64,000 bases of DNA. Origin: Burkholderiales bacterium (GTDB taxonomy: Bacteria > Pseudomonadota > Gammaproteobacteria > Burkholderiales > Burkholderiaceae_F). The stretch lies in assembly GCA_016716275.1 (NCBI GenBank), contig JADJWR010000002.1:525662-589661 (forward strand), in the 5' to 3' direction. Below are positions 60,888-64,000 of the stretch, one piece after another; the stretch's first letter is position 1, and each line of letters starts with the position of its first letter. The position numbers and the translations under genes were made by a program. The notes beneath the pieces were generated by a model. The model worked only from the letters and a program-made list of their open reading frames with translations. It was not told where the DNA came from and ran no database searches.

Positions 60888-62000
60888 GTGTCCGAGAATG
60901 TCGCCGCCCTTCGATCGGGCTTCCCGTCCCGCAGCTCGTTGCTGTCCCTCGTCGCGGTGGCGGCGCTGCTGTCGGCCTGCCAGCGCCAGGTCGACGCGCC
61001 GCCGCCGGAGATCCGCCCGGTGCGGGCGATCACGGTCGCGAAGCTCGCCGCCGGCAGCACGGTGACGATGACCGGTACGGTGCAGGCGCAGACCGAGATC
61101 AACCAGTCGTTCCGCATCGATGGCCGGCTGATCGAACGCACCGTCGACATCGGCGACTCGGTCAAGCCGGGCCAGTTGATCGCCCGACTCGACCCGCAGA
61201 ACGAAGAGAGCGGCCTGCAGGCAGCCCGCGCGCAGCTCGCGGCCGCGCGGGCCCAGCTGGTCGAGGCGCGCAACAACTTCACGCGCATGAGTGACCTGGT
61301 GGTGGAGGACGCAGTCTCGCGCGCGCAGTACGAGCAGGCCGAGGCGCTGCGCACGACCGCCGAGGCGCAGGTCGAGGCGGCGCAGTCACAGGTCAACCTG
61401 GCGCAGAACCGCCTGAGCTACACGCGGCTCACGTCCGACGTGGCCGGCGTGGTCACCGCGCGCGGGCCGCAGCCGGGCGAGGTGGTCTCGGCCGGGCGAA
61501 TGATCATCCAGGTGGCACGCGAAGGCGCGCGCGACGCGGTGTTCGACGTGCCGGGGCAGGTCAAGGACAGCGCGCCGAAGAACCCCGAGGTCACGGTGGC
61601 GCTAAGCGACAACCCGAAGGTCACGGCGGCAGGCCGCGTGCGCGAAGTCTCGCCGCGCGCCGACCCGGTGACCGGCACGTTCGCGGTTCGCGTTCGGCTG
61701 ATCGACCCGCCGGCGGCGATGCGGCTGGGCAGCACCGTCAGCGGCCGCATGAAACTCGACGCCGCGGCCGGCATCGAGCTGCCGGCCGCGGCGCTGGTGC
61801 GCGCCGACGGCAAGACGGCGGTCTGGGTGTTCGACAGGCAGTCGGGCACGGTGTCGTTGCGCAATATCGCCATCGGCAACGCCGATGCCCGCTCGGTGCG
61901 GGTGACCTCGGGCCTTAACCCGGGCGACGTGGTCGTCACCGCCGGCGCGCAGGCGCTGCGGCCCGGCCAGAAGGTCCGCCTGCTCGAGGGCCAGTCGTGA
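60888..62000 (+). CDS. RND efflux periplasmic adaptor (membrane fusion protein), lipoprotein
   Basis: Lipobox LLSAC, barrel-sandwich and coiled-coil segment (LQAARAQLAAARAQLVEARNNFTR...AQVEAAQSQVNLAQNRLSYTRL). GTG 60888 lies 8 nt downstream of GGAG. ATG 60861 or TTG 60843 are alternatives. Confidence 0.8.
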   Translation: MSENVAALRSGFPSRSSLLSLVAVAALLSACQRQVDAPPPEIRPVRAITVAKLAAGSTVTMTGTVQAQTEINQSFRIDGRLIERTVDIGDSVKPGQLIARLDPQNEESGLQAARAQLAAARAQLVEARNNFTRMSDLVVEDAVSRAQYEQAEALRTTAEAQVEAAQSQVNLAQNRLSYTRLTSDVAGVVTARGPQPGEVVSAGRMIIQVAREGARDAVFDVPGQVKDSAPKNPEVTVALSDNPKVTAAGRVREVSPRADPVTGTFAVRVRLIDPPAAMRLGSTVSGRMKLDAAAGIELPAAALVRADGKTAVWVFDRQSGTVSLRNIAIGNADARSVRVTSGLNPGDVVVTAGAQALRPGQKVRLLEGQS

Positions 62001-64000
62001 TCGGACCCAATCTTTCGGAATGGGCGCTCAAGAAGCGCTCGCTGGTCGTCTTCCTGATGATCCTGGCCGTGGTGGCCGGCACCATGTCGTTCCTGAGGCT
62101 GGGCCGCGGCGAAGACCCGGCCTTCACCTTCCGCACCATGGTCGTCGCCGCCGCCTGGCCCGGCGCGACGGTGGACGAGACGCTGAAGCAGGTGACCGAG
62201 CGGCTGGAGCGCACGCTGCAGGAGACCGACTTCCTCGACCGCGTGCGCAGCTACACCATCGCCGGGCAGACGACGATCTTTGTCGACCTGAAGCAGTCGA
62301 CCCCGCCGGAGAAGGTGCCCGACATCTGGTACCAGGTGCGCAAGAACATCGGCGACATGCGCCACACGCTGCCGCAGGGCGTGCTCGGGCCCTTCCTCAA
62401 CGACGACTTCGGCGACACCTTCGGCATCATCTACGCGTTCACCGCCGACGGCTTCGGCTTCCGTGAGCTGCGCGACCAGGTCGAGGCCGCGCGCTCGCGG
62501 CTGCTGCACGTGCCCGACATATCGAAAATCGAGGTGCTGGGCGCGCAGGACGAGCAGATCTACATCGAGTTCTCCACCGAGCGGCTGGCCGGCCTGCGCT
62601 TGAACCTGAACCAGATCGTGGCCACGCTGCAGGCGCAGAACCTGGTGCGCCCGGCCGGCACGATGCAGGGCGACGAGGAGCGCGTGTTCCTGCGCGTGAC
62701 CGGCGCCTTCGACTCCGAGCGCGACATCGAGTCGGTGAACATCGTCGCCGGCGAGCGCATCTTCCGCCTCGGCGACATCGCCAAGGTGCGACGCGGCTTC
62801 ACCGACCCGCCGCAGCCGATGTTCCGCGTCAACGGCAAGCCGGCGATCGGCCTGGCGATCGCCATGCGCGACGCCGGCGACATCCTGGCCCTCGGCGAGA
62901 ACGTGCGCCGCGAGATGGCCGAGATCACCGCCAACCTGCCGGTGGGCATCGAGCCGGTGCTGGTGGCCGACCAGGCGGTGACGGTCGACCTGGCGATCGG
63001 CGACTTCATGACCTCGCTGTGGCAGGCGATCGTCATCATCCTGGTGTGCAGCTTCGTCGCCCTGGGCGTGCGCCCCGGCACGGTGGTGGCGCTGGCGATC
63101 CCGCTGACGATGGCCATCGTGTTCGCGGTCATGGACGTGGCCAACATCGACCTGCACCGCATCTCGCTCGGCGCGCTGATCATCGCGCTCACGCTCTTGG
63201 TCGACGACGCGATGACCACGGTGGACGCGATGTTGCGCCGGCTGGGCGCGGGCGACAGCCCCGACGACGCCGCAACCTTCGCCTACCGCACGCTGGCCGC
63301 GCCGATGCTGATCGGCACGCTGGTGACGATCGCCAGCTTCGTGCCGATCGGCTTCGCCCAGAGCTCGGCCGGCGAGTACACCTTCTCGATCTTCTCGGTG
63401 GTGGGCATCTCGCTGATCGTCAGCTGGCTGGTGGCGGTGATCTTCGCGCCGCTGATCGGCAAGGCGCTGCTGCGCGCGCCGAAGCAGCAGGAGACCGAGC
63501 CCAAGCCCGGCAAGCTGGTGCTGGCCTACACGGCCCTGCTGCAGGGCGCGATCCGCATGAAGTGGCTGACCATCGGCCTCACGCTCGCGGCCTTCGTCGC
63601 CGCGCTCTACCTGTCGAGCCACGTGTCGCGGCAGTTCTTCCCGTCCAGCGACCGGCCCGAGCTGACGGTGGACCTGACGCTGCGCCAGAACGTGTCGATC
63701 TTCGCCGCCGAGGCCGAGGTCAAGCGGCTGGAAGAGATCCTGAAGGCCGACCCCGACGTCGACCACTTCAGCAGCTACGTCGGCCGCGGCGCGATCCGCT
63801 TCATCCTCACGCTGAACGTGCAGCTGGCGAACCCCTTCTTCGGCCAGTTCGTCATCGTGGCCAAGGACCTCGAGGCCCGCGAGCGGCTGCACGACAAGCT
63901 GGAGAAGGTGCTGGCCGAGCAGTTCCCGGAGGTCGTCAGCCGGGTCTCGCCGCTGGAACTGGGCCCGCCGGTGGGCTGGCCGCTGCAGTACCGCGTCTCG
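61997..64000 (+). CDS. RND efflux permease (AcrB/HAE1-like), N-terminal 668 codons; runs off the window end
   Basis: Own translation from GTG 61997, which overlaps the adaptor stop (GTGA): VIGPNLSEWALKKRSLVVFLMILAVVAGTMSFLRLGRGEDPAFTFRTMVV... It stays open to position 64000. Confidence 0.88.
   Translation, partial: MIGPNLSEWALKKRSLVVFLMILAVVAGTMSFLRLGRGEDPAFTFRTMVVAAAWPGATVDETLKQVTERLERTLQETDFLDRVRSYTIAGQTTIFVDLKQSTPPEKVPDIWYQVRKNIGDMRHTLPQGVLGPFLNDDFGDTFGIIYAFTADGFGFRELRDQVEAARSRLLHVPDISKIEVLGAQDEQIYIEFSTERLAGLRLNLNQIVATLQAQNLVRPAGTMQGDEERVFLRVTGAFDSERDIESVNIVAGERIFRLGDIAKVRRGFTDPPQPMFRVNGKPAIGLAIAMRDAGDILALGENVRREMAEITANLPVGIEPVLVADQAVTVDLAIGDFMTSLWQAIVIILVCSFVALGVRPGTVVALAIPLTMAIVFAVMDVANIDLHRISLGALIIALTLLVDDAMTTVDAMLRRLGAGDSPDDAATFAYRTLAAPMLIGTLVTIASFVPIGFAQSSAGEYTFSIFSVVGISLIVSWLVAVIFAPLIGKALLRAPKQQETEPKPGKLVLAYTALLQGAIRMKWLTIGLTLAAFVAALYLSSHVSRQFFPSSDRPELTVDLTLRQNVSIFAAEAEVKRLEEILKADPDVDHFSSYVGRGAIRFILTLNVQLANPFFGQFVIVAKDLEARERLHDKLEKVLAEQFPEVVSRVSPLELGPPVGWPLQYRVS

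Noticed and set aside
1-64000. A search for tRNA, rRNA, tmRNA, known riboswitch cores, IS elements, prophage genes, toxin-antitoxin pairs and defence-system hallmarks (cas, restriction-modification, Abi, retron RT, etc.).
   Set aside because: I recognised none by eye in any frame. The only tRNA-like T-arm string (GGTTCGAAA near 17655) lies inside the cytochrome coding sequence. Small elements could have been missed without covariance-model searches.

Overview
High-G+C proteobacterial chromosomal segment, densely coding on both strands. I support about 60 protein genes. I recognised no rRNA, tRNA, CRISPR array, transposase or integrase.

Gene content in order:
- A TRAP transporter (DctQ/M/P-like) and an orphan TPP-dependent E1 alpha/beta pair.
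- A rhomboid protease translationally coupled to a Ub-Mut7C (PIN-like RNase) protein.
- An 86-aa protein consisting only of a ParB N-terminal domain.
- A QseC/OmpR-type two-component pair with a clean intrinsic terminator.
- A frameshifted LplT-acyltransferase fusion.
- A same-strand locus: sensor kinase, FixJ-type regulator (two frameshifts), CheY-like receiver, arylsulfatase, octaheme cytochrome-HEAT/TPR protein (one frameshift), SYLF protein, DsbA-like protein.
- An arsR-arsM-permease-thioredoxin-like arsenic methylation module.
- A tightly packed USP / P-type ATPase / CPA2 / USP / CPA2 operon with a divergent CaCA exchanger.
- A ureABCEFGD plus urea-channel cluster (Yersinia / Brucella ure2 gene order), with a divergent, internally duplicated membrane protein.
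- GntP permease, patatin-like lipase and a membrane-anchored hydrolase.
- META-domain protein plus MscK-like channel, then AI-2E, SHOCT and LysR genes.
- A Crp-family gene broken by an in-frame TGA, next to a visibly low-G+C 6TM K+ channel.
- A porin, then arcD-arcA-yfcC with no arcB or arcC in the window.
- The start of an RND efflux operon.

I did not find a convincing, wholly new multi-gene system such as a defence island.

The best leads are:
- the urease-linked duplicated membrane protein;
- the USP-interleaved cation transporter operon;
- the kinase/sulfatase/cytochrome locus with a shared 27-nt upstream box;
- the rhomboid-Mut7C pair;
- the ParB-N-only protein;
- a dispersed REP-like palindrome;
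- a striking run of +1 frameshifts, which may be assembly error.

All family assignments come from reading motifs in the translations. No database search was run.
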